From an uncultured bacterium (GTDB lineage: Bacteria > Patescibacteriota > Patescibacteriia > Magasanikbacterales > GWA2-37-8), in assembly GCA_937903605.1 (NCBI GenBank), contig CALCZC010000007.1, positions 189,805-253,804 of the forward strand: 64,000 bases of DNA, given 5' to 3'. The notes beneath the pieces are model-generated. The model worked only from the letters and a program-made list of their open reading frames with translations, searched no databases and had not been told where the DNA came from. Positions 45,330 to 55,337 of the stretch are shown here, one piece after another. The position numbers were made by a program, and so were the translations under genes. Each line of letters begins with the position of its first letter. Position 1 is the stretch's first letter.

Positions 45330-48227
45330 TTAAATTTTTTCCACTGCAAGTTGAATTTTTTCTCCATCAATCTCCGTTTCTTTATTTAGTGTTTCTCGTT
45401 GTTCTATTTTTTCTGCTAAAACACTTTGTTTTAATTTCTCGGAATTTTTTTCAACAATATCTTTTAGGTTTTCGCTTTTAGTATTAAAAATCAAAACAAT
45501 TTTATCGTTAACCGTCAATTTCTGATCTTTACGCATTTGGTTGACGGTTCGCACTATTTCTCGAACTGCACCTTCTTTTTTAAGTTCAGGTGTAATTTCC
45601 GTATCTAACCAAACTTTCAAGCCATTGTTTTCTTTAATATTATCGACAAAAGAGAATTTTTTATCAAAAACAGCTTCTTTGACATTTAATTCTTCGGCTA
45701 GAATCTTTAATAACCCTTCTTCTGTCTTTTCGTTTATTACAACTTTAGACAAGGGCTGGCGAACCTTGAGACTTTTTTCTGCTCGCAAAGATAAACCGAG
45801 CTCCACTGCTTTGCGTACTTTTTCCATTTCTTCCAAAACATCTTTGTCTATTTTTTCCGTTTCTGGCCAGTCTTCCAAATGCACACTTTCTTTTTCTCCG
45901 CCCAAAGACAAATATATTTTTTCCGCGATAAACGGCGTAACAGGCGCCATAACTTTTGACAATACAGATAAAACTTCATGAGTAGTAGATAAAGCGGCTT
46001 TTTTATCTTCTTCATCATTACCTTTGAAACGATCGCGAGAACGACGTACATACCATTGTGATAACTCGGTCACAAATTCCAAAATAGGTCGGTTGGCTTT
46101 TACCAAACGATAATTTTCCATATTTTCGGTAATTTCTTTTACCAGTAAATTTAATTTAGCCAAAATCCATTTATCCAAAATGTTTTTTGATTTTATTTTT
46201 TCCGGTTTTTTACCTTCACTAAACATTTCATAAAATTCATAGACGTTCCAGAGGGTATTTACCAACTTACCATAAATTTCTCGGACGCTTTCTTCATTAA
46301 AATTTAGGTCCTCGGCTTCCATAACCGGAGAAGTGGCCAGATAATATCTCACCGCATCCGCACCATATTTTTGCAACAGCATTTCCGGATCCGGATAATT
46401 GCGTAAGCTTTTACTCATTTTTTTGCCGTCAGCGGCCAAAACCATACCGTTTACAATCACATTTTTGAAGGCTGGAACATTTTTGATTTTGGGAATGACT
46501 GATTTTCCTTCTTGTGATAAAGCGGTAGCTAAAATATGTAAGGTATAAAACCAACCTCGAGTTTGATCTTGTCCTTCGGCGATAAATTCAGCTGGAAAAG
46601 ATTTTTCAAATTTTTCTTTATTTTCAAAAGGATAGTGCATTTGTGCATAAGGCATACTACCACTCTCAAACCAGCAATCCAAAACTTCCGGAATTTTATA
46701 ATATTCTTTACTGTCTTTTTTGATAACTATTTGATCCACAAAGTGTTTGTGCAAATCCGTGATTTTTTGCCCGCTCAACTCTTCCAATTCTTTAACCGAA
46801 CCGATACAAATACGATCGCCATCTTTGCTTTCCCAAATAGGAAGAGGTGTTCCCCAAAAACGGTTACGCGAAATTGCCCAATCACGAGCCGAATCTAACC
46901 AATCACCAAAACGACCTTCTTTAATATGACTGGGAATCCAATTTATTTTCTGATTATTTTTTAACATCTGATCTTTGATATCTGTCACTTTTACAAACCA
47001 ACTGTCGGTTGCATAATTAAGCAACGGCGTGTCACAACGCCAACAATGCGGATAACTATGTTCTATTTTTTCTTTGCTAAATAATTTATTTTGCCCGGCC
47101 AACCATTTGATAATTTCTACATCGGTTTTTTGCGGATCTTCTTTTGGTTTTACTTCTTGACCTACAAAATCAGTTACTTCTTCTACAAAACGACCGGTCA
47201 TATCCACATGTTGTACCAGTGGAATTTTTTCCTTTTGTCCGACATTAAAATCATCTTCGCCGAAAGCTGGTGCAATATGTACCACTCCGGTACCATCAAC
47301 CGTAGTGACAAAAACAGCATTAACCACACGAAAGGCATTTTCTGTGTTGGCAAAATAAGGAAATAAAGGCTCATATTTCAAACCTGTCAAACGATCCCCT
47401 TCTATTTGTTTGATTATTTCAAACGGGATATCTTTGAAAACCGTTTCCGCTCTATCTTTTGCTACCAAATAATGAGTATCTTCTGCTTTTACCACTATAT
47501 ATTGAATATCTCCGCCCAATGCCAACAAAACATTTCCGGGCAATGTCCATGGTGTCGTGGTCCAAGCCAAAATATATAATTCTTTTAAATCTAAAATTTC
47601 AGGATTTGTAACTTTAAATTTTACCGTTACAGAAATATCTTTTATATCTTTATATCCTTGAGACGCTTCGAAATTGGAAAGCGGGGTGCTACATCGCGGA
47701 CAAATATGCATGGGCTTGTGTCCTTTATAAATCAAATTTTGGTCCCAGAGCTGTCGAAACACCCACCAAACACTTTCCATAAATTCCACATTCATGGTTT
47801 TGTAATCATTTTCCATATCAACCCAACGACCAATACGACGAACGGTTTTTTTCCACTCTTTAGCATAGGTCATGACACTACTACGACAAGCTTCATTAAA
47901 TTTTGCGATACCATAATCTTCTATATCTTTACGTCCACCTAAACTTAAATCTTTTTCCACAATATTTTCCACTGGTAAACCATGACAATCCCAGCCCCAG
48001 CGTCGTTCAACTTTAAATCCGCGCATCGTAAAATAGCGCGGCACCACATCTTTCATCAAAGAAGCCACGATGTGACCATAATGCGGCAAACCGGTAGCAA
48101 ACGGCGGACCATCATAAAAAGCATAGGGCTTGGAATCCGGATTTTTTTGTAAAGATTTCTCAAAACATTGGTGTTTGTCCCAATATTCAAGTATTTTATT
48201 TTCTTCTTCGTTAGCGTTGTATAACAT
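45330..48227 (-). CDS. ileS: Isoleucyl-tRNA synthetase (type 2)
   Basis: DGPPFATGLPHYGH, GWDCHGLP, WTTTPWTL, ISRNRFWGTP, KMSKS. Confidence 0.97.
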   Translation of the reverse strand: MLYNANEEENKILEYWDKHQCFEKSLQKNPDSKPYAFYDGPPFATGLPHYGHIVASLMKDVVPRYFTMRGFKVERRWGWDCHGLPVENIVEKDLSLGGRKDIEDYGIAKFNEACRSSVMTYAKEWKKTVRRIGRWVDMENDYKTMNVEFMESVWWVFRQLWDQNLIYKGHKPMHICPRCSTPLSNFEASQGYKDIKDISVTVKFKVTNPEILDLKELYILAWTTTPWTLPGNVLLALGGDIQYIVVKAEDTHYLVAKDRAETVFKDIPFEIIKQIEGDRLTGLKYEPLFPYFANTENAFRVVNAVFVTTVDGTGVVHIAPAFGEDDFNVGQKEKIPLVQHVDMTGRFVEEVTDFVGQEVKPKEDPQKTDVEIIKWLAGQNKLFSKEKIEHSYPHCWRCDTPLLNYATDSWFVKVTDIKDQMLKNNQKINWIPSHIKEGRFGDWLDSARDWAISRNRFWGTPLPIWESKDGDRICIGSVKELEELSGQKITDLHKHFVDQIVIKKDSKEYYKIPEVLDCWFESGSMPYAQMHYPFENKEKFEKSFPAEFIAEGQDQTRGWFYTLHILATALSQEGKSVIPKIKNVPAFKNVIVNGMVLAADGKKMSKSLRNYPDPEMLLQKYGADAVRYYLATSPVMEAEDLNFNEESVREIYGKLVNTLWNVYEFYEMFSEGKKPEKIKSKNILDKWILAKLNLLVKEITENMENYRLVKANRPILEFVTELSQWYVRRSRDRFKGNDEEDKKAALSTTHEVLSVLSKVMAPVTPFIAEKIYLSLGGEKESVHLEDWPETEKIDKDVLEEMEKVRKAVELGLSLRAEKSLKVRQPLSKVVINEKTEEGLLKILAEELNVKEAVFDKKFSFVDNIKENNGLKVWLDTEITPELKKEGAVREIVRTVNQMRKDQKLTVNDKIVLIFNTKSENLKDIVEKNSEKLKQSVLAEKIEQRETLNKETEIDGEKIQLAVEKI

Positions 48228-48255
48228 AATAAAAAATTTTTAATTTTTAATTTTT

Positions 48256-48320
48256 TACCCCGTGAAATCCTATCGTAGATAGGATCGTCCGCCACAGCGG
48301 AAGATATTTCACAGGGGTGA
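48256..48320. repeat. GTGAAAT..ATTTCAC branched palindrome, copy 3 (opposite orientation to copy 1)
   Basis: Reverse complement ccctgtgaaatatcttccgctgtggcggacgatcctatctacgataggatttcacggggt aligns with 25556-25615. Confidence 0.85.
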
Positions 48321-48330
48321 ATTTTTAAAT

Positions 48331-48515
48331 AAAAAAACACGCGGTTGCGTGTTAAGAGCCCTGGTTAAGGGCGGTACCATCTTAACTTTATACTTAATTT
48401 AGTGGTTTTTACGGGCCCGACCGGGAGAGTCTATTTTTTGCTAAAATAAGCAAATTTCTTTCTCCAACGCTCTCTAAAAAAGATCCTTGTTGATAGCAAG
48501 TCTTAGCGTTTTTAA
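48331..48515 (-). ncRNA. T-box riboswitch upstream of ileS with very short Stem I
   Basis: Antiterminator gttaaga-TGGTACC-gccct..agggc-tcttaac, terminator aacacgc..gcgtgtt-T5, GCCCGTAA, ATC codon(s) in Stem I, promoter TTGACA(48553-48548)-N17-TATTAT. Confidence 0.85.
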
Positions 48516-48671
48516 CTTGTTCTAATAATACCTATTTATAAAATATTTGTCAATTTATTTTAAATACTATCAACATCTCTAATAAATTGCCAAAACTCTA
48601 CAAACCTTATATAATAAGGATATTAAATTACAATCTTGTAATCTTTAAATCTTGCAATTTTGCAACCTCTT

Positions 48672-49109
48672 ATGTTCTACATCGCCGCCGACCATGCCGG
48701 TCATAAACTCAAAAAAGAATTGGAGCAAATTTTCAAAAACCAAGAAATGGAGTTTGAAGATTTGGGGGCCAAAAACTATGATGAACAGGACGATTTCACT
48801 GATTTTGTCATCCCTTTAGCCAAAAAAGTGTTGGAAACAGGTAATAAAGGAGTCTTGATTTGTGGCAGTGGACACGGTATGTGTATAGCCGCCAACAAAG
48901 TCGCTGGCATCAGAGCGATTGTCGGTTATAGTATTTCTGGAAGCGAACTCGGGCGTAAACACAACGACGCCAATGTTTTATGTTTGGCAGGCAGACTTTT
49001 GACCAAAGATCACGCCGCTGCTATTATCAAAACTTTTTTAAATACTGAATTTTCCGGCGAGGAAAGATTTATTCGAAGAAATAAAAAAATATCCGATCTA
49101 GAAAAATAA
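48672..49109 (+). CDS. rpiB: Ribose-5-phosphate isomerase B
   Basis: IAADHAG, LICGSGHG..IAANK..GIRA, HNDANVLCL. Confidence 0.94.
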   Translation: MFYIAADHAGHKLKKELEQIFKNQEMEFEDLGAKNYDEQDDFTDFVIPLAKKVLETGNKGVLICGSGHGMCIAANKVAGIRAIVGYSISGSELGRKHNDANVLCLAGRLLTKDHAAAIIKTFLNTEFSGEERFIRRNKKISDLEK

Positions 49110-49110
49110 T

Positions 49111-49749
49111 ATGCAAATTGTTCCTGCTATCTTGTTAAATAATTTTTCCGATTTTAAATCGCAAATAAAAAAAGTTAAAAATATTTTTCCACTTGTCCAA
49201 ATAGATATTTGTGATGGACGATTTGTCAAAAATAAAACTTTCAAAGAACGTTTACAAATCAACAAATTATCTCTCCCCTGTTTGTTAGAACTTCACTTGA
49301 TGGTAAAAGATCCGGAAAAAGAACTGAAAAAATGGGAAAAAGTAAAAAATATTTTTCGTGTTTATATTCACGCCGAAACTTTGAAAAATAATTTTGATAA
49401 AATAGATAATGTTGTTCGTAAAAACGGCTGGCAATTGGGTTTAGTTTTAAACCCAGAAACAAAAATAGATAAGATTACCAAGTATTTGAATAAAATTGAA
49501 GCTGTACTTTTTATGACTGTCCAGCCAGGCATTCAAGGACAAAAGTTGATAAAACCAGTTTTGAAAAAAATAAAGTCTTTTACCGCAAAAAATAAAAATA
49601 TTTTGATTGCGGCTGACGGAGGAATAAATCTGGAGAATATAAAAGAAGTTAAAAAAGCAGGTGTGGTAGAATTTTGTATTGGAGGAAAACTAGTAATGGC
49701 GGAAGATATAAAAAAAATAAAAAAAGAATTTGAAAAAAGAATAAAATAA
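49111..49749 (+). CDS. rpe: Ribulose-phosphate 3-epimerase
   Basis: IVPAIL, QIDICDG.FV, LHLMV, NPET, MTVQPG..GQ, DGGIN. Confidence 0.92.
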   Translation: MQIVPAILLNNFSDFKSQIKKVKNIFPLVQIDICDGRFVKNKTFKERLQINKLSLPCLLELHLMVKDPEKELKKWEKVKNIFRVYIHAETLKNNFDKIDNVVRKNGWQLGLVLNPETKIDKITKYLNKIEAVLFMTVQPGIQGQKLIKPVLKKIKSFTAKNKNILIAADGGINLENIKEVKKAGVVEFCIGGKLVMAEDIKKIKKEFEKRIK

Positions 49750-49768
49750 AACTATTTCAAAACTAACT

Positions 49769-49857
49769 ATCTTTCTGAGCGCAGCGAAGAATCACTTATA
49801 GTTAAACTTATTTTTCAAAGTATTGTTTAAGGGATCCTTCGTTTCACTCAGGATGAC
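49769..49857. repeat. Inverted REP-like doublet (TCTGAGCGCAGCGAAGAATC ... GATCCTTCG..CTCAGGATGAC) with no gene between
   Basis: Right unit reverse complement GTCATCCTGAGTGAAACGAAGGATCC. Confidence 0.7.
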
Positions 49858-49925
49858 GCCTGCCTGAAAATTGATAATTGAAAATTAATTAAAAATTGTA
49901 AAATTAAAAATTGAAAATTTTATTT

Positions 49926-50879
49926 ATGCTCGATTTACTCATTATAGGCGGTTCCGCTGCCGGTTGCAGTGCAGCTATTTACGCAGCTCGTAGAAAACTT
50001 AACTTCAAACTTATTACTCACGATGTCGGTGGTGAAGTAGCTTATGCCGGAGAAGTCAGTAATTGGCTGGGTATTAAAAACATTTATGGTTATGAATTGG
50101 CGCAAAATTTTGCCGCCCATGTTCGTGCCAATGGTGTAGAAATAGAAGAAGGTTGGAAAGTTTTTGCTATCCAAAAAGAAGAAGTCGGTTTTAGTATAAA
50201 AGCTCGTAACAGCAAAGGAGAGGAACGATCTGAATCCGCCAAAACCGTGCTTATTGCCACCGGTATTCATCCCCGACATTTGGGTGCAAAAAATGAAGAA
50301 GAGCTCTTTCATAAGGGAGTTACTTATTGCACTGTTTGTGATGGTCCTCTTTTCAAAAATAAAACCGTGGCCGTACTTGGCGGAGGTAACGCAGCACTAG
50401 AGGCCGCTGTCATGATGAGTGGTATTGCTCAAAAAGTGCACTTGATGACTATCGAGCCCGATACTCCTGAAAAAAAATTCGGCTTTCCAACAGGCGATGA
50501 TGTTTTGATAGAAAAAGTAAAAAATTTGCCTAACGTGGAAATTATCCATTATGCAGATACTTTTGAATTTATCGGCGAAAATAGATTAGCTGGTTTGAAA
50601 TATCGCGATTTACGTGACAATACAAAAGAAGAAAAAGAATTAGCAATTGAAGGGGCGATGATCCACGTCGGTATGGTGCCAAATTCAGAATTTATAGACA
50701 TCGTAGAAAAAGACAGGGCTAAACAAATTATTGTTGATAGAAATTGTCATACCAATGTGCCAGGGATTTTTGCCGCTGGCGATGTTACCGACACTCCCTA
50801 TAAACAAATTATCGTAGCTGCAGGACAAGGAACGGTGGCAGCCTTAGCAGCTATAGAGTATCTTAATAAACAAAAGTAG
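49926..50879 (+). CDS. trxB: Thioredoxin reductase-family FAD oxidoreductase
   Basis: IIGGSAAG, GVTYCTVCDG, GGGNAALE, TNVPGIFAAGDVT. Confidence 0.88.
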   Translation: MLDLLIIGGSAAGCSAAIYAARRKLNFKLITHDVGGEVAYAGEVSNWLGIKNIYGYELAQNFAAHVRANGVEIEEGWKVFAIQKEEVGFSIKARNSKGEERSESAKTVLIATGIHPRHLGAKNEEELFHKGVTYCTVCDGPLFKNKTVAVLGGGNAALEAAVMMSGIAQKVHLMTIEPDTPEKKFGFPTGDDVLIEKVKNLPNVEIIHYADTFEFIGENRLAGLKYRDLRDNTKEEKELAIEGAMIHVGMVPNSEFIDIVEKDRAKQIIVDRNCHTNVPGIFAAGDVTDTPYKQIIVAAGQGTVAALAAIEYLNKQK

Positions 50880-50968
50880 ATAACGAAATACGAACTCCGC
50901 CAAAAGGCGGTACGAAATTACGAACCCAATTCGTTTCGTAATTACGTATTATTTCGTATTTCGTATCT
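50878..50968. repeat. Inverted tacgaaa arrays with embedded ccgccaaaaggcgg hairpin
   Basis: Direct reading. Confidence 0.75.
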
Positions 50969-50983
50969 ATTAACTTTAATCAT

Positions 50984-51271
50984 ATGAATATCCCTCTCTT
51001 CGACATCATTCTCAACGTCATCGCCGGCCTCGGAGCCATCATGATTACCTACGCTGTATTTTTAGGACACGAGACAAAGCAAGATATCGTACTCGCAATT
51101 GGTTCTTTTTGTTTACTTGTTTACGCCCTTTGGATCAGTAATGTAATTTTTACACTCGCCATGGGCGGATTATTTCTTGCTAGCATGGTTGAGTTTGTGG
51201 AAATACTAGTGGGAATACATACACCGGTTGGAACTATCAAACAAAATTCAAACAACAAATTAAAATCGTAG
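50984..51271 (+). CDS. Small membrane protein (3 TM)
   Basis: Hydrophobic 95-aa ORF. Confidence 0.65.
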   Translation: MNIPLFDIILNVIAGLGAIMITYAVFLGHETKQDIVLAIGSFCLLVYALWISNVIFTLAMGGLFLASMVEFVEILVGIHTPVGTIKQNSNNKLKS

Positions 51272-51283
51272 TTCAACTTATTA

Positions 51284-51399
51284 AAATCCCAATTTCCAAT
51301 TCCCAATGTCCAATGAATGACCAATGCTTAAATGATTAAATTTTGGACATTAGGATTTGGGATTTGATTGGTCATTGGTCATTGGGGTTTGGTCATTTT
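51284..51399. repeat. Inverted heptamer arrays (ccaatga/cccaatt ... ttggtca/tttggga)
   Basis: Direct reading. Confidence 0.75.
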
Positions 51400-51446
51400 A
51401 AAAATCTTGCAATCTTGTAATCTTTCAATCTTTAAATTTTTCTTTT

Positions 51447-52433
51447 ATGTTCAACTTAATCACCATCGGCGATGCGGTCGTTGATAATCACATAATCCTT
51501 GATGAAGCAGAAGTAGAATGCAGTGTTGATAAAAAAACCTGTCGTTTGTGTTTGGATTATGCGGCCAAAGTACCGGTTAGTGAGAGCTTTCAAAATATTG
51601 GCGGCAATGCTGTCAATGTAGCTATTGGCGCTAGCAAACTAGGGCTCTCTACCGCTGTCTTAACCGATCTAGGCAAAGATGCTAATGGTAAAACTGTAAT
51701 TTCCGAACTCAAAAAATATGGTGTAGATACAAAATTGACAAAGCTAAATCCTAAAAATGAAACTCGTTTTGCAATAGTTCTCAATTACAAAGGTGAGCGT
51801 ACTATTTTATCTTCACACAAGAAAAAAATATATTCTTGGCCGGAAAATCTCCCGGCAACTGATTGGATTTACTACACTTCTTTATCTGACGGTTTTGAAG
51901 TTTTACAAAAAAATCTTTTTACTCATCTCAAAAAACACCCAACCGTTCGTCTAGCTTATAATCCCGGATCATTTCAATTAAAAAATTCTTTGAATAGCGT
52001 TTTGGAAACTATCAAAAAAACCGATGTTCTGATAGTCAATCTTCAAGAAGCGGAAATTATTTTAAATACCACTTGGCAAAAAGAAAAAAGCATTGTTACC
52101 ATCATTCATAAATTACTCGCTCTAGGAGCAAAAGAAGTGGTGATTACCGATGCGGAAAAAGGAGCTTATACCGGCAATCAAGACGGTATTTGGAAAATAG
52201 AATCATTTCCGGTAAAAGTAGTGGCCAAAACCGGCGCTGGCGACGCATTTTCCTCCGGTTATTTATCCGCACGACAATATGATCATGATATTGCCGATGC
52301 TCTAGTCTGGGGCATTGCTAATAGTTGTAGTGTAATAAGTAGTTTCGGCTCACATGCAAAGTTGTTGGAAAAAGATAATATAAAAAATTATATAAAAAGA
52401 TACAGCGATATAACACCAAAGAAAATCTCTTAA
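51447..52433 (+). CDS. PfkB-family carbohydrate kinase
   Basis: GGNAVNVAIG..KLG, NPG, N.QEA, TGAGDAFSSG. Confidence 0.92.
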   Translation: MFNLITIGDAVVDNHIILDEAEVECSVDKKTCRLCLDYAAKVPVSESFQNIGGNAVNVAIGASKLGLSTAVLTDLGKDANGKTVISELKKYGVDTKLTKLNPKNETRFAIVLNYKGERTILSSHKKKIYSWPENLPATDWIYYTSLSDGFEVLQKNLFTHLKKHPTVRLAYNPGSFQLKNSLNSVLETIKKTDVLIVNLQEAEIILNTTWQKEKSIVTIIHKLLALGAKEVVITDAEKGAYTGNQDGIWKIESFPVKVVAKTGAGDAFSSGYLSARQYDHDIADALVWGIANSCSVISSFGSHAKLLEKDNIKNYIKRYSDITPKKIS

Positions 52434-52479
52434 ATTTCTCTAAACAAAACATCCTGATTTATGTCAGGATGTTTTTAAA

Positions 52480-52692
52480 TAAAAAAGGGAAGCAAAGCTT
52501 CCCATAAAAATGATCTAGGTTAACCATCCACCTTGATCAGTAAGGAGCCTCCAGATTTGGGCCATGTTCGGCCGGGCCTGAGGCACAGGGCGCTAGGCGA
52601 AGTATATGTTGGGTTTTGGCCCACTAAAGGAACGGTTTCATGACTTCCTCCTTGCCCAATAACGGGCTGTGGTTGTTTATTATTAAAGAACG
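52480..52692 (-). ncRNA. Candidate ~200-nt structured transcript (promoter, boxA-like motif, GC-rich body, terminator)
   Basis: TTGACA-N17-TATAAT (52725-52697), GTTCTTTAATAA, long-range pairings, terminator gggaagc-ttt-gcttccc-T run; only a 5-codon ORF after AAGGAGG. Confidence 0.5.
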
Positions 52693-52887
52693 ATAAATTA
52701 TAACACATATTTTATATTTTGTCAAGGGGTTTGTACCATTTTTATAAAAATATTCATTTTTTATTATAAATAAGCCAATTTTATGTTATATTTTAGCTAA
52801 TTTATTGTCATTTTTTTTCTGACAAAAAGTACTTAATTATTAAAAAAACGCACAGTTGTGCGTTTTAAGAGACTCTTTTAAAAAATT

Positions 52888-53403
52888 TTATAGTTTCTGC
52901 AAGATCGCTTCACCCCAAGCCAATGCCGCACTCGGCCCAGTGGCAGTAATGAGATTATTGTCTACAACTACCGGTTCATCAACATATTCCGCTCCGGCTT
53001 TTTTAAAAATTTTACCCAATTCTCCATCTCCATCCCAACCAGTCGCTTTTTTACCTGCCAAAACTCCGGCAGCAGCCAAAATTCGCGGGGAAATACAGAT
53101 AGCTCCCCAGAGTTTATTACTCTTTGCAATCTCTCTAAAAATTTTATATGTTTTTTCATTATCCAAATATTCTACTGCTCCATGTCCACCAACCAAAAAT
53201 ATTCCATCGTAATCAGACGGTTTAATTTCTTCCAAACTTATATCGGATTGCGCAATTTCTTGAGTACGAGAAGCAATAACTTTTCCTTTTTTATCGCTTC
53301 CTGTTATCACTTCAACCCCCGCATTTTCCAAAATCTTTTTTGGTTCAAAATATTCCATTGGCTGGAAGCCCTCAGAAGCAATTATAAAAAGCAGTTTTTT
53401 CAT
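52888..53403 (-). CDS. DJ-1/PfpI family protein
   Basis: GFQPMEY, YDGIFLVGG.G, GAICISP, VVVD.NLITA.GP. Confidence 0.92.
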   Translation of the reverse strand: MKKLLFIIASEGFQPMEYFEPKKILENAGVEVITGSDKKGKVIASRTQEIAQSDISLEEIKPSDYDGIFLVGGHGAVEYLDNEKTYKIFREIAKSNKLWGAICISPRILAAAGVLAGKKATGWDGDGELGKIFKKAGAEYVDEPVVVDNNLITATGPSAALAWGEAILQKL

Positions 53404-53412
53404 AATTTTAAT

Positions 53413-53946
53413 TTAAACATCTAAAGATTTTCTGCTTAATTTTATTAAAAAATAAATAAAACTAATCACAAAGAAAATGGAAAAACATATACCTAAAACT
53501 GAAATTATATAAAATTCCCACTCTACTAGCGACCGATAATATTCGCCTTGTGAAAAAATATCTGAAAACTTAATATATTCATTAAATTTTGTTAAAAATA
53601 TTAATAATACAAAAAAAATAATAGAACTTATTATACCAACAAACGCAGTTTTTTTATATTTTAAACACAAGTTTCTTATTTTTTCTTTATCTTTATTATT
53701 ATTTGCTAAAAAATATATTAAAAAAGAAAAAAGGAATATAAAAATTAAAGAAATCATAATAGCAGATGAAGCTATTTTATAAATTTCTTCAATAGGCAAC
53801 AAAGTTGGTCCTCTCATCGTACAATCCAAAGGATTTGGACACAAATCTTCCATGGTATATTTTTGCGAATAAACATTTTGACCTGCTAATAAAAATACCA
53901 AAAATAAAAAAGTTAAAATTACTATTTTTTTCATATTATTCATCAT
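53413..53946 (-). CDS. Hypothetical membrane protein
   Basis: Signal/TM segments. Confidence 0.6.
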   Translation of the reverse strand: MMNNMKKIVILTFLFLVFLLAGQNVYSQKYTMEDLCPNPLDCTMRGPTLLPIEEIYKIASSAIMISLIFIFLFSFLIYFLANNNKDKEKIRNLCLKYKKTAFVGIISSIIFFVLLIFLTKFNEYIKFSDIFSQGEYYRSLVEWEFYIISVLGICFSIFFVISFIYFLIKLSRKSLDV

Positions 53947-54661
53947 AAAAATTAATTTGTCTTGTTTCTTCTATCCCCCTCATCCTGTTCAAATCCATTT
54001 TTCTCCCCGTAAAAAAGTCTATTGATTGGGATATGGAATGAAAACTCAATTCCGGGCCAAGTAAACATAAGCCGTATTCAAACATTCTTATTTTTTCTCT
54101 GATTTCATCCGCCAAAATAGGGTGATCCTGTTCATTGAGGGCTATTTCTCGCAAACCTTTCAATTTATCTTCGATCTGTTCCAATAATTTATTATATTCA
54201 TCCACTTTTTCCAAAAATCTTTTTTTCTCTGTGCTGGCAATTTGTTGATTGACGTATTTTTTTAAATCTTCTTGCATTTTGAGTAGTGCTTTATACAATT
54301 CCACTCTTTCTTCACTTTCAAAATAAGCGGCCGGACGACCGGAATGCAAATCACGCAAACTCAAACCATAATCTTTGTAATGAAGATACTTTTCTTTTAA
54401 ATCTGGAGATAAGTATGGTTGTAAAAACTCATCACCGTAAGCATTTTCCGCAATCGTCAAAAAATCCTTATAGGCCTGATTCCACGGCCAAAGAATATAT
54501 CCGAAGGTTATCATCGTATCCTCTATTTGGTGTGGGGTTAACGATTGATTGGTTTCCAATTGCCACATCGCCTCTTTTATTTTTTCCTTTTCTTCTTTAG
54601 GAAAAAGAGGAGGGATGTTGCTATAAAAGTATCTGAATAGTTGAATTGTATAATTAGACAT
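53936..54661 (-). CDS. Hypothetical protein
   Basis: 241-aa ORF co-oriented with neighbours. Confidence 0.7.
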   Translation of the reverse strand: MSNYTIQLFRYFYSNIPPLFPKEEKEKIKEAMWQLETNQSLTPHQIEDTMITFGYILWPWNQAYKDFLTIAENAYGDEFLQPYLSPDLKEKYLHYKDYGLSLRDLHSGRPAAYFESEERVELYKALLKMQEDLKKYVNQQIASTEKKRFLEKVDEYNKLLEQIEDKLKGLREIALNEQDHPILADEIREKIRMFEYGLCLLGPELSFHSISQSIDFFTGRKMDLNRMRGIEETRQINFYDE

Positions 54662-54705
54662 GTGAAAAATTTTTAATTTTTAATTTTACAATTTTTAATT
54701 AATTT

Positions 54706-55209
54706 TCAATTTACAATTTTGCAATCTTTAAATCTTGTAATCTTGTAATTTTCGGCGATGTAATACATCGCCACTCCCGCTGCCACCGACACATTCAAAC
54801 TGTTCTTCTTCCCATGCATGGGAATTTCTACCGCTTTGTCGCAGTATTTCAATTGGTCTTTGGTAACACCGGTTTTTTCGTTTCCAAAGACCAATACACA
54901 AGGGAATTTTGGTTTCCAAGAAAACATATCCACACTGGTTTTTGTTTGTTCCAGCGCTACTATATTATACCCTTTTTCTTTCAATTGTTTAAGTAATTTT
55001 CCAGTTTGTTTGCAATATTCCCATTTTACGAAATTTTCCGCCCCGAGAGACACTTTGAGAAGACTAGGATGAGGTGGATATGGAGAATAGCCGGTAATAT
55101 AAACTTTATCAACTCCTGCACCATCAGCCGTGCGTAAAATCGCGCCGACATTATGTGCGCTTCTAATATTTGGCACTACTACTACAAATTTTTCTTTAGA
55201 CTCTTGCAT
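54706..55209 (-). CDS. SpoU/TrmH-family RNA methyltransferase
   Basis: NIRSAHNVGAILRTAD, LVFGNEKTG, IPMHG..SLNVSVAAG. Confidence 0.92.
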   Translation of the reverse strand: MQESKEKFVVVVPNIRSAHNVGAILRTADGAGVDKVYITGYSPYPPHPSLLKVSLGAENFVKWEYCKQTGKLLKQLKEKGYNIVALEQTKTSVDMFSWKPKFPCVLVFGNEKTGVTKDQLKYCDKAVEIPMHGKKNSLNVSVAAGVAMYYIAENYKITRFKDCKIVN

Positions 55210-55337
55210 TTTAGAAATTAAAAAGGTAATATATAATATATTGTTTAGTATATATTTTATTTATAAAATATACAAATTTTTAATAAAGTATATGGCTATA
55301 TTTAACCTAATATTTATAATTAATAACAAATAAATTT

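Noticed and set aside
52520-52708. 62-aa ORF in the ORF track
   Set aside because: Its start lies inside the promoter spacer, upstream of the predicted transcription start.
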